DNA from: Chondrinema litorale
Lineage (GTDB): Bacteria > Bacteroidota > Bacteroidia > Cytophagales > Flammeovirgaceae
Assembly (NCBI RefSeq): GCF_026250525.1
Contig: NZ_CP111043.1
Coordinates: 1,289,421-1,353,420, forward strand
Length of the DNA: 64,000 nt
Reading direction: 5' to 3'
Shown here: piece after piece, positions 38,887-49,947 of the stretch
Layout of the letters: each line of letters opens with the position of its first letter
Numbering within the stretch: position 1 is the stretch's first letter
Notes under the pieces: generated by a model
What the model saw: the letters and a program-made list of their open reading frames with translations, nothing else
Databases searched by the model: none
Told to the model about the DNA's origin: nothing
Program-made: the position numbers and the translations under genes

Positions 38887-41800
38887 ATGAAAAATGAAAT
38901 ATTATACCTAACGAAAATGCTATCTAAACTTTTTTTGTATGGCTTGCTACTTCAGACAGTTTTTTACTCTGTAATACTGGCTTCTGAAGGCACCGCTCAG
39001 GTAAAAAATGTGAAAGAGGTAGATGTAATTGTAAATGCAGATATCTCCACACTTAATGCTTTTTTTAAAGATATAGAGCGACAAACACTTTACAAGTTTG
39101 CTTATTCTGATCAAAATCTACGACACGATAAGATTAAAGGAAAGCTACAAAGCGGTGAAAGAAACTTTTACGAAGTACTGCGCGAGCTTTCTAAAATCAA
39201 TAAACTAAAATTTAAACAGGTAAATAATTCTATTTCGGTAGATGCAGAAAAACCTGATGAAAAGGAAGATGATTTTTATGAACTGTTACAAGAGATTGAT
39301 ATCAGCGGCACCATTACCTCTAGCGAAGATGGAGAAGGGTTACCCGGTGTAAATGTGATTTTAAAAGGAACTTCGCAAGGCGCAGTAAGTGACATTAATG
39401 GCAATTATAAAATAAAAGTACCTTCTACTAACAGTGTATTGGTTTTCAGTTTTGTTGGATTCAATTCGCAAGAAATTACTGTTGGTAACCAATCTGTAAT
39501 TGATGTTGCACTTTCGCCAGATATTCGATCGCTAGAAGAAATTGTGGTGGTTGGTTATGGTGTACAAGACAAATCTGACTTAACAGGCTCTGTCGCTTCT
39601 ATTAACTCAGAAGATTTTGAACAACAACCTTTAATTCGTACCGAAAATGCATTAAAAGGCAGAACGGCCGGAGTTACTGTCCAAACGCCAAGTGGTGCTC
39701 CGGGTGCAAGCATGAAAATAAGAATTAGAGGTTTTAACTCTATTAATGGTAATAATAATCCTCTTTATGTAATAGACGGATTTATTGGAGCAGATATTTC
39801 TACGCTTAACCCTAATGATATTGCTTCGATGGATGTGTTGAAAGATGCTTCTGCCACAGCGATTTATGGTTCTAGAGGTTCTAATGGTGTAGTAATTATC
39901 ACAACTAAATCGGGTAAAAAAGGACAGCTTAAGATAGACTTTGACGCTTTTTATAGTGCTGATAAAATTAGCCGTAAACTAGATTTACTCAATGCAGAAG
40001 AATACATGAATGTGGTAAATGCAAGAAACCGAGATTTAAACCTCAACGATGTTTTTACTCAAAGTGAAATTGATTCTGTTGCCAGTACTGGTGGTACCAA
40101 TTGGCTCGACGAAATTTTAAGAACTGGAGCCACTCAAAATTACCAGCTTGCACTTAGTGGCGGTACCGATAAAACCAGATTCTATATTTCAGGTTCAATG
40201 TCAGATCAAGAAGGCATTATCAAAAATTCGTACTATAAAAGATATGGCATAAGAGCTAACCTTAGTTCAGAACTTACTAAAAAAATTGATGTAGATTTTA
40301 ACATCTATGCAAACCACACTTTTGCCAGAAACAACTATACGTACGATGGTAGAGGTACAGCATTAGGTGCAGCTCATGTTTTTCCGCCAAACATCGCAGT
40401 AATAGACGAAGCAACACAAGGCTATACGGTCTCACCCGGTTCTTATGGGCCAATAGCCGGCAACCCAGTGTATCAGGTTACAGAAAGGTTGTTTGACGAA
40501 AAAAAATGGAATACTTGGTCTAAACTTCAATTAAATTATGAAATTATTGAAGGTTTAAAATTCTCTGTAATGGGTGGTGTAAATGGCGTTTTTACGCATA
40601 GCCCAACCTTTAAGCGTTTCCAACCCGGCGCAGATGAATCTACCAGCGAGGCCATCCAGACAGATAATTTTTATTACAGGTTGCAAAATACCAACATCTT
40701 AAATTATGCAAAAAAACTGGGTAGCAATCACAAGTTTGATATTTCGGCTATTTACGAACAACAGATCACCAAATCGGAAGGCAATTATGCTTATGCTACT
40801 GGTTTAACCACCAATGCATTAACCTATTACCGATTGCAATTAGGTGCGAATCAGCAAGTATCTTCAGGTTATTCTGATGAAACCCTACAATCATTTCTTG
40901 GTCGGGTAAATTATACTTTTAAAGATAGATACCTTTTTACGGCTTCTTTTAGGGCTGATGGTTCTTCTAAATTTGGTGAAGGCAACAAATACGGATATTT
41001 CCCTTCTGCCGCCCTTGCTTGGCGACTTTCAGATGAGCCATTTTTAAATACAGTTGATTTTATCAGCGATTTAAAAATAAGAACCAGTGTTGGTAAAGTA
41101 GGTAGTCAGGCGATTTCACCATATCAAACACTTACCACATTAGCACTCAACCAGAATTATCCATTTAACAACACTTCTATGAGTGTGGGTGTTGGTCCGG
41201 GAACTCCTTCTAACCCCGATTTAAAGTGGGAAACTACCACGCAATACAATGTAGGTATTGACTATGGAATTTTAGGTGGAAAAGTAAATGGTACTATAGA
41301 TTATTACCACAAAGAAACCAACGATCTGTTGCTAAATGTACCAGTTCCAAGATATGCAGGTGGTGGAAGTGTGCTTAAAAATATAGGCTCTGTTGAGAAT
41401 AAAGGATTTGAGTTTTTGGTAAACTGGTCTACCATCGATCATGCTAATTTCAAATTAAACACTTCTTTCAACCTCAGTATTAACCGAAATAAAATTCTTT
41501 CACTAGGAGAAGATAGTGTGCTATACATTGGCAACTTTATACTAAAACCGGGTGAGCCAATTTCTCAGTTTTACGGACTCACTTACGAAGGAACTTGGAA
41601 AGAAAACGAAGCTGATGAAGCCGCAGAGTTTTATCAAGTTCCGGGCGATCCGCGATACAGAGATGTAAATGGAGATAAAGTAATTGGTAATGAAGACATG
41701 AGTATTTTGGGAAGCCCACTTCCAGATTTTAACTGGGGATGGAATACCAGCATCGAATACAAAAACTTCGATTTAAATGTACTCATCAATGGCACACAAG

Positions 41801-42216
41801 GAAATCAGGTTTGGAACCATACTCGATTCTTAATTCTTGGCAGTGGTGATGCCATTCCTACATCTAAGGAAATACTCAACCGATGGACGCCAGAGAATAA
41901 CCAGTCAGACATTCCGGGCTTTAGTGCAACGAGTAACTCAAGAGCCAACTCAAATCAATGGATAGAAGATGGTAGTTTTATCAGAATTGCCAATGTTACT
42001 TTAGGCTATACCATTCCTGAAACGGTATTAAAAAACACGTTGAATAGAGCTAGGTTTTACATCAGTGTTCAAAACTTAGGTTTAATTACCAATTATTCTA
42101 GTTACGACCCAGAGCTTTCTACTACGCCACTTGGTTCAGACACGCAACAAGGTATTGACAACAGCACTTACCCAGCAGTTAGAACCTTTACTGTAGGCAC
42201 TAAAATCTCTCTTTAA
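38887..42216 (+). CDS. susC: SusC/RagA-family TonB-dependent outer membrane transporter with N-terminal STN signalling domain
   Basis: 1109 aa. CarbopepD-like region (GTITSSEDGEGLPGVNVILKGT), TonB box (EEIVVVGYGVQDK), C-terminal beta-barrel ending in Leu. Adjacent SusD. Confidence 0.9.
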   Translation: MKNEILYLTKMLSKLFLYGLLLQTVFYSVILASEGTAQVKNVKEVDVIVNADISTLNAFFKDIERQTLYKFAYSDQNLRHDKIKGKLQSGERNFYEVLRELSKINKLKFKQVNNSISVDAEKPDEKEDDFYELLQEIDISGTITSSEDGEGLPGVNVILKGTSQGAVSDINGNYKIKVPSTNSVLVFSFVGFNSQEITVGNQSVIDVALSPDIRSLEEIVVVGYGVQDKSDLTGSVASINSEDFEQQPLIRTENALKGRTAGVTVQTPSGAPGASMKIRIRGFNSINGNNNPLYVIDGFIGADISTLNPNDIASMDVLKDASATAIYGSRGSNGVVIITTKSGKKGQLKIDFDAFYSADKISRKLDLLNAEEYMNVVNARNRDLNLNDVFTQSEIDSVASTGGTNWLDEILRTGATQNYQLALSGGTDKTRFYISGSMSDQEGIIKNSYYKRYGIRANLSSELTKKIDVDFNIYANHTFARNNYTYDGRGTALGAAHVFPPNIAVIDEATQGYTVSPGSYGPIAGNPVYQVTERLFDEKKWNTWSKLQLNYEIIEGLKFSVMGGVNGVFTHSPTFKRFQPGADESTSEAIQTDNFYYRLQNTNILNYAKKLGSNHKFDISAIYEQQITKSEGNYAYATGLTTNALTYYRLQLGANQQVSSGYSDETLQSFLGRVNYTFKDRYLFTASFRADGSSKFGEGNKYGYFPSAALAWRLSDEPFLNTVDFISDLKIRTSVGKVGSQAISPYQTLTTLALNQNYPFNNTSMSVGVGPGTPSNPDLKWETTTQYNVGIDYGILGGKVNGTIDYYHKETNDLLLNVPVPRYAGGGSVLKNIGSVENKGFEFLVNWSTIDHANFKLNTSFNLSINRNKILSLGEDSVLYIGNFILKPGEPISQFYGLTYEGTWKENEADEAAEFYQVPGDPRYRDVNGDKVIGNEDMSILGSPLPDFNWGWNTSIEYKNFDLNVLINGTQGNQVWNHTRFLILGSGDAIPTSKEILNRWTPENNQSDIPGFSATSNSRANSNQWIEDGSFIRIANVTLGYTIPETVLKNTLNRARFYISVQNLGLITNYSSYDPELSTTPLGSDTQQGIDNSTYPAVRTFTVGTKISL

Positions 42217-42236
42217 ATGATTTAACCGAAATTATC

Positions 42237-43742
42237 ATGCTTTATAAAAATATGAAAATAACTTCCATTACAACGATTTTGCTCATTCTGGCAATGGTTT
42301 TTTCTTGTCAAGATTTGGAAGAAGAGGCCAAAGGAACATTAATTAGCGATTCATTTTTTTCATCCTTATCCGATTTAGATGCAGGTGTAACCGCCACTTA
42401 CTCCGAAGTAATCTCTGGAGCATGGGGAGGTATTGCATCCAGAGATATTTGGGCACCATTAATGGGTGCTGATGATCTTACCACTTTACCCACGCAATCT
42501 GGTTGGTCGCAATACGATCGATTTGCAGTAGAACCACTCAGTGGTATTGTTTCCATTTTCTGGGGGCAACATTATAAGGTTATCTACTCAGCCAACAATG
42601 TAATTGAAAACTATGAGAAAGTAGTTGCCGAAGAAGATGCCATTCTATCTAGAGTTGCTCAGGTGAGGTTTTTACGAGCATTTTCTTACTTCTGGTTGGT
42701 AAGACTTTTTGGCGATGTACCCATCACAACCACCACATTAGATATGGAAATTACCAGAGCGCCCAAAGAAGAAGTTTATGCTTTAATAGAAGAAGACCTT
42801 TTGTTTGCCGAACAACATTTACCAGAAGCATGGCCCGGCGAGCCCGGTCGTGTTACAGTTTGGGCAGCAAAATCTTTACTTTCTCAAGTGTATTTAACGA
42901 TGGCAGGCTGGCCACTAAAAGATGAATCTAAATATGCATTGGCAGCTCAAAAAGCAGAAGAAGTAATAAACAATTCTTCGCATTATCTACTACCCAACTT
43001 CGAAGATGTATGGCTTATGTCTAATGAATTGAATGATGAGATTGTTTGGGGGCTACAGTTTTGTCGTCTGGTAGATTGTGGCACCAATGCCAGAACTAGT
43101 ATCACCGCCACCACTATGGGCCCAAGTGAAGAAGGTGGTTGGGATCAAATCTTTTTCGAAGTTGGGTTCTTTAACGATTTTCCTGAAGGACCAAGAAAAG
43201 ATGTTACTTTCCACACCACATTTACAGATGGTACCGAATGGCAAAACAGCAATGCCAAACATCCTTTTGTGGGCAAATTTAGAGATGGGTCTGTACCAAG
43301 AGAAGACAACTATGAAAGTATGTACCTAACTGGTAGAAACTTGCAAATATTGAGATATTCAGAAGTATTGCTCACTTATGCTGAGGCAGCGGCCATGTCT
43401 TCTGGACCTAGTGAAAAAGCTTATGAGGCCGTAAACATGGTAAAAAGAAGGGCGAAAGGTTTGCCTATTGACACACCAGACCCATCTGTTGACTTGGAGC
43501 CGGGCTTGTCTAACACTGAGTTTAGAGATGCCGTATTGCAAGAAAAAGCTTGGGAGCTAGCTGCTGAATACACCAGATGGTTTGATCTTGTAAGAACCGA
43601 AAAAGTAAAAGAAGCTAACCAGAATAAAGCCAATGGCGATCTAGCACCACTTGGCGATATTACCGAAGAAGATTATCTAATGCCGATTCCAGCTGTGGAG
43701 TTACAACTCAACCCCAATTTGACACAAAATATCGGTTATTAG
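42237..43742 (+). CDS. susD: SusD/RagB-family nutrient-binding outer membrane lipoprotein
   Basis: Lipoprotein signal (VFSCQD). TPR-like SusD signature. 501 aa. Directly after SusC. Confidence 0.85.
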   Translation: MLYKNMKITSITTILLILAMVFSCQDLEEEAKGTLISDSFFSSLSDLDAGVTATYSEVISGAWGGIASRDIWAPLMGADDLTTLPTQSGWSQYDRFAVEPLSGIVSIFWGQHYKVIYSANNVIENYEKVVAEEDAILSRVAQVRFLRAFSYFWLVRLFGDVPITTTTLDMEITRAPKEEVYALIEEDLLFAEQHLPEAWPGEPGRVTVWAAKSLLSQVYLTMAGWPLKDESKYALAAQKAEEVINNSSHYLLPNFEDVWLMSNELNDEIVWGLQFCRLVDCGTNARTSITATTMGPSEEGGWDQIFFEVGFFNDFPEGPRKDVTFHTTFTDGTEWQNSNAKHPFVGKFRDGSVPREDNYESMYLTGRNLQILRYSEVLLTYAEAAAMSSGPSEKAYEAVNMVKRRAKGLPIDTPDPSVDLEPGLSNTEFRDAVLQEKAWELAAEYTRWFDLVRTEKVKEANQNKANGDLAPLGDITEEDYLMPIPAVELQLNPNLTQNIGY

Positions 43743-43750
43743 TTGCTCAA

Positions 43751-43779
43751 TGGGGCAGGTAAACGCTTGCCCCAATTTT
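43751..43779 (+). terminator. possible hairpin terminator after SusD
   Basis: TGGGGCA...TGCCCCA stem followed by ATTTT. Modest T-run. Confidence 0.4.
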
Positions 43780-43938
43780 CAAACTTTCGGTTATGTTTTC
43801 ATCACAGTCCATCACAGAAAGTAGCATAACATTTCATAAATTGATATAGCCATACTTGCATTTTTTTAAAAGTGCATCGCGCTAATTTTTTCTAAAGCTT
43901 AAAAATCATTCAATATAATTTTTTGATAAACTATACTC

Positions 43939-45078
43939 ATGCGACTCAGATTAATTTTCGTTTTCAGCCTTATCCTTAGTTCAGCATCACTTTATGCCCA
44001 AGAGTTTAATGGTTTAAATGTGAATATGAATAACCTTTACCAACTGTCAGATGCTAAAACTAGATCGATTAGCCCAGAAAACTTTACTGGTGAAAAAGGC
44101 GGTGGAGGCAGAACAACCGTAGAAGATGGAAGTGCCGGAGCGGCTGCCAGAGATTTAGGTCTTGGTTGGAAAACAAATCCTTTTATTGTCATTCCTGCTG
44201 ATTCAGTTTTTGAACTGGCAAATATTGATGGCTCCGGAGCTATTCAACACATCTGGATGACTCCAACAGGTAACTGGCGATATTCGGTAATTAGAATCTA
44301 TTGGGATGATGAAAAAGAACCGTCTGTAGAAGTACCTGTAGGTGATTTTTTTGCAGCCGCTTACGAATACAAACAGATTAATTCTCTAGCAGTTTGTGTA
44401 AATCCCGGTAGTGCTTTTAATAGTTATTGGGTGATGCCTTTCAGAAAAAAGTGTCGCATTACAATGGAAAACATCGATACCAAACCCATGCGTTTGTATT
44501 ACCAAATCGATTATACCTTAACCGAAGTGCCAGAAGATGCCGCCTATTTCCACGCACAGTTCAGAAGAGTAAATCCTGTTAAATACAAAGATGTCTACAC
44601 CATTGTGGATAACATAAAAGGCAAAGGGCAGTATGTGGGAACTTACATGGCTTGGCAAAGCAACAACAATGGCTGGTGGGGCGAAGGTGAAATTAAATTT
44701 TTTATGGATGGTGATAAGCAATTCCCGACCATTTGCGGCACTGGTACCGAAGATTATTTTTGTGGCTCCTACGGATTTGCCATAAAAGGAAAATACATAG
44801 ATTATACAACTCCTTATGCCGGCTTCCATGTAATTAGACCTGAGGGAGATTTTACCTATAAATCGCAAACCAGATTTGGCATGTATCGCTGGCATGTAAC
44901 CGACCCTATCCGTTTTAACAAAGACCTAAAAGTAACCATGCAAGCATTGGGTTGGAGAAGCGATGGAAGATATTTGCCTTTAAAAGACGACATTGCTTCT
45001 GTGGCTTTTTGGTATCAGGCAGAGCCACATAATGCTTTCCCAGATTTTCCATCGAAAGATGAGCTAGAAATTAACTAG
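43939..45078 (+). CDS. DUF2961-family protein (glycoside hydrolase family 172-like), secreted
   Basis: Signal peptide. 379 aa. Family assignment is from memory of DUF2961 proteins commonly found in PULs. Confidence 0.45.
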   Translation: MRLRLIFVFSLILSSASLYAQEFNGLNVNMNNLYQLSDAKTRSISPENFTGEKGGGGRTTVEDGSAGAAARDLGLGWKTNPFIVIPADSVFELANIDGSGAIQHIWMTPTGNWRYSVIRIYWDDEKEPSVEVPVGDFFAAAYEYKQINSLAVCVNPGSAFNSYWVMPFRKKCRITMENIDTKPMRLYYQIDYTLTEVPEDAAYFHAQFRRVNPVKYKDVYTIVDNIKGKGQYVGTYMAWQSNNNGWWGEGEIKFFMDGDKQFPTICGTGTEDYFCGSYGFAIKGKYIDYTTPYAGFHVIRPEGDFTYKSQTRFGMYRWHVTDPIRFNKDLKVTMQALGWRSDGRYLPLKDDIASVAFWYQAEPHNAFPDFPSKDELEIN

Positions 45079-45162
45079 TAAAAATTTAAGCAATTTTTCG
45101 AAGAGAATTTTTAAGGAGTGAGAGGCAATTAACACCTCATTTCTTCTTAACTGAGATTCTTT

Positions 45163-47205
45163 TTGCCTTTACATTCTAATCAAATGAAAAAAAAGCATCA
45201 ATCAGTGATAAAAACGATATTTAAATCAACCTTTCTATTATTCCTTTTTGCCCTTAATAGCTGCAAAGAACAAACAGCTAGCATTATTCCAATCACCAAA
45301 GACATGGTGATTAACGAAACTGGTTATGGAAAACACATGGCTTGGTTTGACGAGCAAGAAGCAAATGAAACCCCTACTACCCGATGGGAAACTTATGGGG
45401 TAAAAACTTACTGGCCTGCCGGAATTATTATCGACTTTGGCAGCAAATATAAAATTAGAGAGATATTAATTTTTGATGGAGAAAAAGAGAGAAATATAAG
45501 TGGAGGTGAACTGCAAGTTTCTACTGGAGCTCCATTTAATTGGCAAGATTCTATAAAAGTACAGATGGATAATGCCAACTCATGGATAACATTAAACTGC
45601 AACTACGAAACCCGATATCTGCACTTAGAAAAACTAGCAACCAATTTCTATAATCAATCGGCAGAGTTTCCAGAAAACTGCGATTTGGCTATAAAAGAGG
45701 TAATTATTAAAGGATATCCATTGGAAGACACTTCACCAAAAGTCACTCAAACTACACCTGAAAATTTTGGAATTACAATGGATGAATTTATTGGGATGAA
45801 CTCTTATATCACCATTCCTGATAAACTACACGAAGCTATCGGACTGGTTAGAGAATACAGGCCTTGGGGATGGAATGGTGTAACCGATTTAGAAACGCCA
45901 ATTAATTGGGGAGACTTAAACGAAGTTGCCGGAAAAGAAAAATACCCTCAAGCAGATATGAATAACAGTGATTTGTATTATCAAAAAATGAAAGATATGG
46001 GAATTGAAGCTGTTCCTTGTATTCATCGACATGTAGATCAAGCAAATGAACATGAAAATATACCCAACTTTGGAGGCAACCCTAACGATCCGCTTTCATA
46101 TAAAATCATGGCTGATTATTCTTTCCAATACGTGGCTAGATATGGAAATCAAAAAGTATCAGAAAACCTACTTCGAACTACTGAAGCGAGCCCAAAGAAA
46201 AGCGGAATGGGATTCATCAATTATTTCGAAAACTGGAATGAGCCAAACAGATGGTGGGGAGATCCTGCCGGACATTTTACACCTTATCAGTTTGCAGCAT
46301 TTTGCAGTGCTTCTTACGATGGACACCTCAACCAAATGGGAGATGGTTTTGGAGTAAAAAATGCAGACCCAAATACCAAATATGTTTTTGGTGGATTGGC
46401 TGAACTTTCACTCAGCTATGTACAAGCGATGAAATTATGGGCAGATCATCATCGAGATGGCTCCTTCCCTGCTGATGTAATTAACCTACATCATTACTGC
46501 AATACAAGAGGCAAGCAACATTCTGGTGAAGAAGCACATGGCATAAGCCCAGAAGCAGATGGACTAAAAGAAAAACTCGAAAAGATAGTAGCATGGCGAG
46601 ATAAACACTTACCAGATAAAGAACTCTGGTTAAGCGAATTTGGCTGGGATACAGACGAAGGCAGCTATCAATCAGCAGCTTTTGGCCATGCACTTTACCC
46701 AGATAAAATCAGCATGTTTGAGATACAAGGGCAATGGTTAGTAAGAGAATATTTGATTGGTGCCGGTGCGGGAATTGATAGAATGATGATGTACCTCGCC
46801 AATGATCTAAAAAATTACCAACACGATGTTTTTGGTGAATGTGGCTTTGTTACAGTAGATGATGAACTCAAGCCTTCTTGGTATTATGTAAAAACATTAA
46901 AAGACGCGCTAAGTGGAATGACTTTTCAAGCTGAACAAAACTCAGACAATGAAAATGTATGGATTTATAAGTTTAGTAATCCTGAAACAAAAGAAGGAGC
47001 TTATGTGCTTTGGTGTCCAACTTCTGATGGAACAACTGTGAATAACTTTTCTCTTCCACTTAGTGATACAAGCCAAACAGCCACTGAGATCAAACTGGAA
47101 CATCAACAAGAAGCAGGTATCTCCACCGAATTAAACATTGAAAATAATACTGTAACAGTGAATGTAACTGAAAGACCTTTAATAATTTTAGTAGATCAAC
47201 TTTAA
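45163..47205 (+). CDS. lipoprotein with N-terminal discoidin (F5/8 type C)-like domain and clan GH-A TIM-barrel glycoside hydrolase domain
   Basis: Lipobox (ALNSCKE). ENWNEPN acid/base motif. SEFGWDTDEG nucleophile-like motif. 680 aa. Confidence 0.5.
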   Translation: MPLHSNQMKKKHQSVIKTIFKSTFLLFLFALNSCKEQTASIIPITKDMVINETGYGKHMAWFDEQEANETPTTRWETYGVKTYWPAGIIIDFGSKYKIREILIFDGEKERNISGGELQVSTGAPFNWQDSIKVQMDNANSWITLNCNYETRYLHLEKLATNFYNQSAEFPENCDLAIKEVIIKGYPLEDTSPKVTQTTPENFGITMDEFIGMNSYITIPDKLHEAIGLVREYRPWGWNGVTDLETPINWGDLNEVAGKEKYPQADMNNSDLYYQKMKDMGIEAVPCIHRHVDQANEHENIPNFGGNPNDPLSYKIMADYSFQYVARYGNQKVSENLLRTTEASPKKSGMGFINYFENWNEPNRWWGDPAGHFTPYQFAAFCSASYDGHLNQMGDGFGVKNADPNTKYVFGGLAELSLSYVQAMKLWADHHRDGSFPADVINLHHYCNTRGKQHSGEEAHGISPEADGLKEKLEKIVAWRDKHLPDKELWLSEFGWDTDEGSYQSAAFGHALYPDKISMFEIQGQWLVREYLIGAGAGIDRMMMYLANDLKNYQHDVFGECGFVTVDDELKPSWYYVKTLKDALSGMTFQAEQNSDNENVWIYKFSNPETKEGAYVLWCPTSDGTTVNNFSLPLSDTSQTATEIKLEHQQEAGISTELNIENNTVTVNVTERPLIILVDQL

Positions 47206-47214
47206 TCGTAAAAT

Positions 47215-48651
47215 ATGAAATATGGAAAATTAATCTTGCTATTTATCTCTGCTTGGTTAGCAGCCTGTTCGCCTCAGAGAGAGAAAATACCACAACCCAA
47301 TATTTTGTTTATCGCGGTGGATGATTTGAGGCCGGAACTGGGTTGCTATGGACAAAGTCACATTATTTCGCCCAATATCGACAAATTGGCCAACTCAGGA
47401 ATGGCATTTACAAATGCCTATTGCAACATTCCTGTATGTGGTGCTTCAAGGGCAAGTTTACTAACTGGGATTCGCCCCACAGCAAACCGCTTTGTAGATT
47501 ACAATACTTGGGCTAACGAAGATGTTCCCGGAGCGATTAGTTTGCCGGCACTTTTCAAGCAAAATGGTTATCACACAATTTCCAACGGAAAGGTATTTCA
47601 TCATAAAGATGATTTAAAAGACAGTTGGACAGAGGCACCTTGGAATCCGGCAGAAACGAGTAGTTATATGAACTACCAGACACAGCTTAACCAAGATATT
47701 TTTAGTGATGGCACACAAAGAGGTTTTCCTTACGAAGCAGGTGATGTGGCTGACACAGCCTATTTTGACGGAAAAATTGCATCAAAAACCATTGCTGATC
47801 TTAAAAGACTCAAAGAAGAAGGCAAGCCATTTTTTGTGGCTACGGGTTTCTTAAAACCACATTTGCCATTTAATGCTCCTAAAAAATATTGGGATTTATA
47901 TCCTGAGGAGAATATTCAATTACCAGACAATTATTATCCGCCACAAAATGCACCTAAAGCGGCTATTCATAATTTTGGGGAATTGAGATCGTATTACAGC
48001 ATTCCTAAAAAGGGACCTGTGGCAGATAGTACAGCATTAAACTTAATTAGGGGTTATTATGCTTGTGTGAGTTATGTGGATGTTCAAATTGGTCTCGTGT
48101 TGGATGCTTTAGATGAATTAGGCTTAGCCGAAAATACCATTGTGGTACTTTGGGGCGACCACGGTTGGCAATTGGGCGAACATAGTATTTGGTGTAAACA
48201 TGCCAATTTTAAAACCTCACTCAATGCACCTTTAATAATAAGAGCACCTGGTTATAATGATGAACACAGATCAAAAGCTTTGGTGGAGTTTATAGACATT
48301 TACCCAACTTTATGTGAACTATCTGGACTTGAAAAGCCTACACAGCTACATGGTAAAAGTTTTGTGCCATTGCTCGAAAATCCAGATCAAGCATGGAAAG
48401 AGAAAGTGTATTCCAGATTTATAAAAGGTGAATCTATTATTACAGATAGGTATTTGTATACAGAATGGATTAACCAGCAAGATTCTATTTATGCGAGTAT
48501 GTTGTATGATCACCAAACTGACCCAGATGAAAACAAGAATATTGTTGGTGCTGATGGCATAAAAGACACTGTACAAAGCTTGCATAATCAATTACACCAA
48601 CACATCGAAACTGATAGAACCTATATAAATGAAAGCCAGCAAGGTGGTTAG
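47215..48651 (+). CDS. sulfatase (S1 formylglycine-dependent family), lipoprotein
   Basis: Lipobox (LAACSP). Sulfatase signature CGASRASLLTG, with Ala in place of the usual Pro. Metal-binding Asp residues. GDHGW motif. Confidence 0.85.
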   Translation: MKYGKLILLFISAWLAACSPQREKIPQPNILFIAVDDLRPELGCYGQSHIISPNIDKLANSGMAFTNAYCNIPVCGASRASLLTGIRPTANRFVDYNTWANEDVPGAISLPALFKQNGYHTISNGKVFHHKDDLKDSWTEAPWNPAETSSYMNYQTQLNQDIFSDGTQRGFPYEAGDVADTAYFDGKIASKTIADLKRLKEEGKPFFVATGFLKPHLPFNAPKKYWDLYPEENIQLPDNYYPPQNAPKAAIHNFGELRSYYSIPKKGPVADSTALNLIRGYYACVSYVDVQIGLVLDALDELGLAENTIVVLWGDHGWQLGEHSIWCKHANFKTSLNAPLIIRAPGYNDEHRSKALVEFIDIYPTLCELSGLEKPTQLHGKSFVPLLENPDQAWKEKVYSRFIKGESIITDRYLYTEWINQQDSIYASMLYDHQTDPDENKNIVGADGIKDTVQSLHNQLHQHIETDRTYINESQQGG

Positions 48652-48714
48652 GATTTAAGCACTTTGCATATATTCCCCCAAGCTGTAATGAGTGATTTAT
48701 GGTTTGGGGTTTGT

Positions 48715-49191
48715 CTAACACGCATTTATCACAATACCATCTTTAAACCTCTTTGCTGTTTGAAATGCAGCTTTTAATTTATTTATGTAAAGAAGAAAAT
48801 AATTTTTCCAGAGATCATCATTTAATTCACTACTCTTCATTTTCGAAATATTATAAGCTTCCCTTAAATCTTCTTCTACAATTAATTGTAAAGCATCGCA
48901 TATTTCAGCCGCTAATTCTGATTTTATGTAGAAGGGATCATCAAAATACCTAAAGCTTATTCCATTTATCTCTTTTACTATATTATTTTCAGAATTATCA
49001 CATTTTATCAATAATGGAATAATTTCATCCCAAGATTTATCTAAATAAAAATGTCTTTCTGGGTTATCATGATATTTACCACCCATAAAACAATAATTAT
49101 TATCAAAGTAATCGCTAGCTTCTTCAGGATTCTGAACAAAATAATCGATCATCTTATCTTCTACTCTATAATACTCTTTTACGATACCCAT
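48715..49191 (-). CDS. hypothetical protein
   Basis: 158-aa ORF with no recognisable motif. Confidence 0.35.
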   Translation of the reverse strand: MGIVKEYYRVEDKMIDYFVQNPEEASDYFDNNYCFMGGKYHDNPERHFYLDKSWDEIIPLLIKCDNSENNIVKEINGISFRYFDDPFYIKSELAAEICDALQLIVEEDLREAYNISKMKSSELNDDLWKNYFLLYINKLKAAFQTAKRFKDGIVINAC

Positions 49192-49207
49192 AATTATCCC
49201 ATCTAAT

Positions 49208-49756
49208 TTACATCTTTCTCTCCTCGTATTCTTTTCTGGTAAGTCTGTATTGCACCACGGTTAGGTATTTTTCATCTTTTCTAAAATGCTCTACTAACTC
49301 GGCTTCTTTAATCATTCCATTTTTTTTCATCACTTTGCCTGATGCAGGGTTATCTATTAAATGTGTTGCAAAGATTTTATTCAAGTTTAACACTTCAAAC
49401 CCAAAACTTAACACTGCTCCGGCGGCTTCTGTGGCATAGCCATTACCCCAATATGGTTCACCAATCCAATAACCTAGTTCGGCTTTGTTAAATCGGTTAT
49501 CTATTTTGAGCCCCATACCTCCAATAAACTTGTTGCTTTCTTTTATTGCGACTCTAAAAGTAAATTGAGTTCTTCTTTTAAAACCTTCGTTTGCTGAGTT
49601 AATCCAGTATATGGCATCTTCCTCTTTATAAGGATGTGGGATATTCATAGTCATGTCTGCAACTTTCTTATTACTAGCATATGATACTATGTTAGGAATG
49701 TCTGCTGCTTGCAACTGACTTAACCTTAGCCTTTCAGTTTTTATATCAGAAAACAT
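49208..49756 (-). CDS. GNAT family N-acetyltransferase (RimJ/RimL-like)
   Basis: GNAT motif A (LGYWIGEPYWGNGYATEAA). Confidence 0.7.
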   Translation of the reverse strand: MFSDIKTERLRLSQLQAADIPNIVSYASNKKVADMTMNIPHPYKEEDAIYWINSANEGFKRRTQFTFRVAIKESNKFIGGMGLKIDNRFNKAELGYWIGEPYWGNGYATEAAGAVLSFGFEVLNLNKIFATHLIDNPASGKVMKKNGMIKEAELVEHFRKDEKYLTVVQYRLTRKEYEERKM

Positions 49757-49947
49757 AATTTATTTTTTAAACTTCTAATATATCAGGTTTTGTAATTTAT
49801 TTAATAAATACGAACAAAAGCATTTCTGAGCACCGAAGAAGCCTCACCCTAAAATATGTTATAAAAAATTAACATTATACCTCAAAAAAGTGAAATTTCG
49901 TGTATTTCATAAGCATTTTCTTCGTTACTATGCCAGATTAGATAAAC

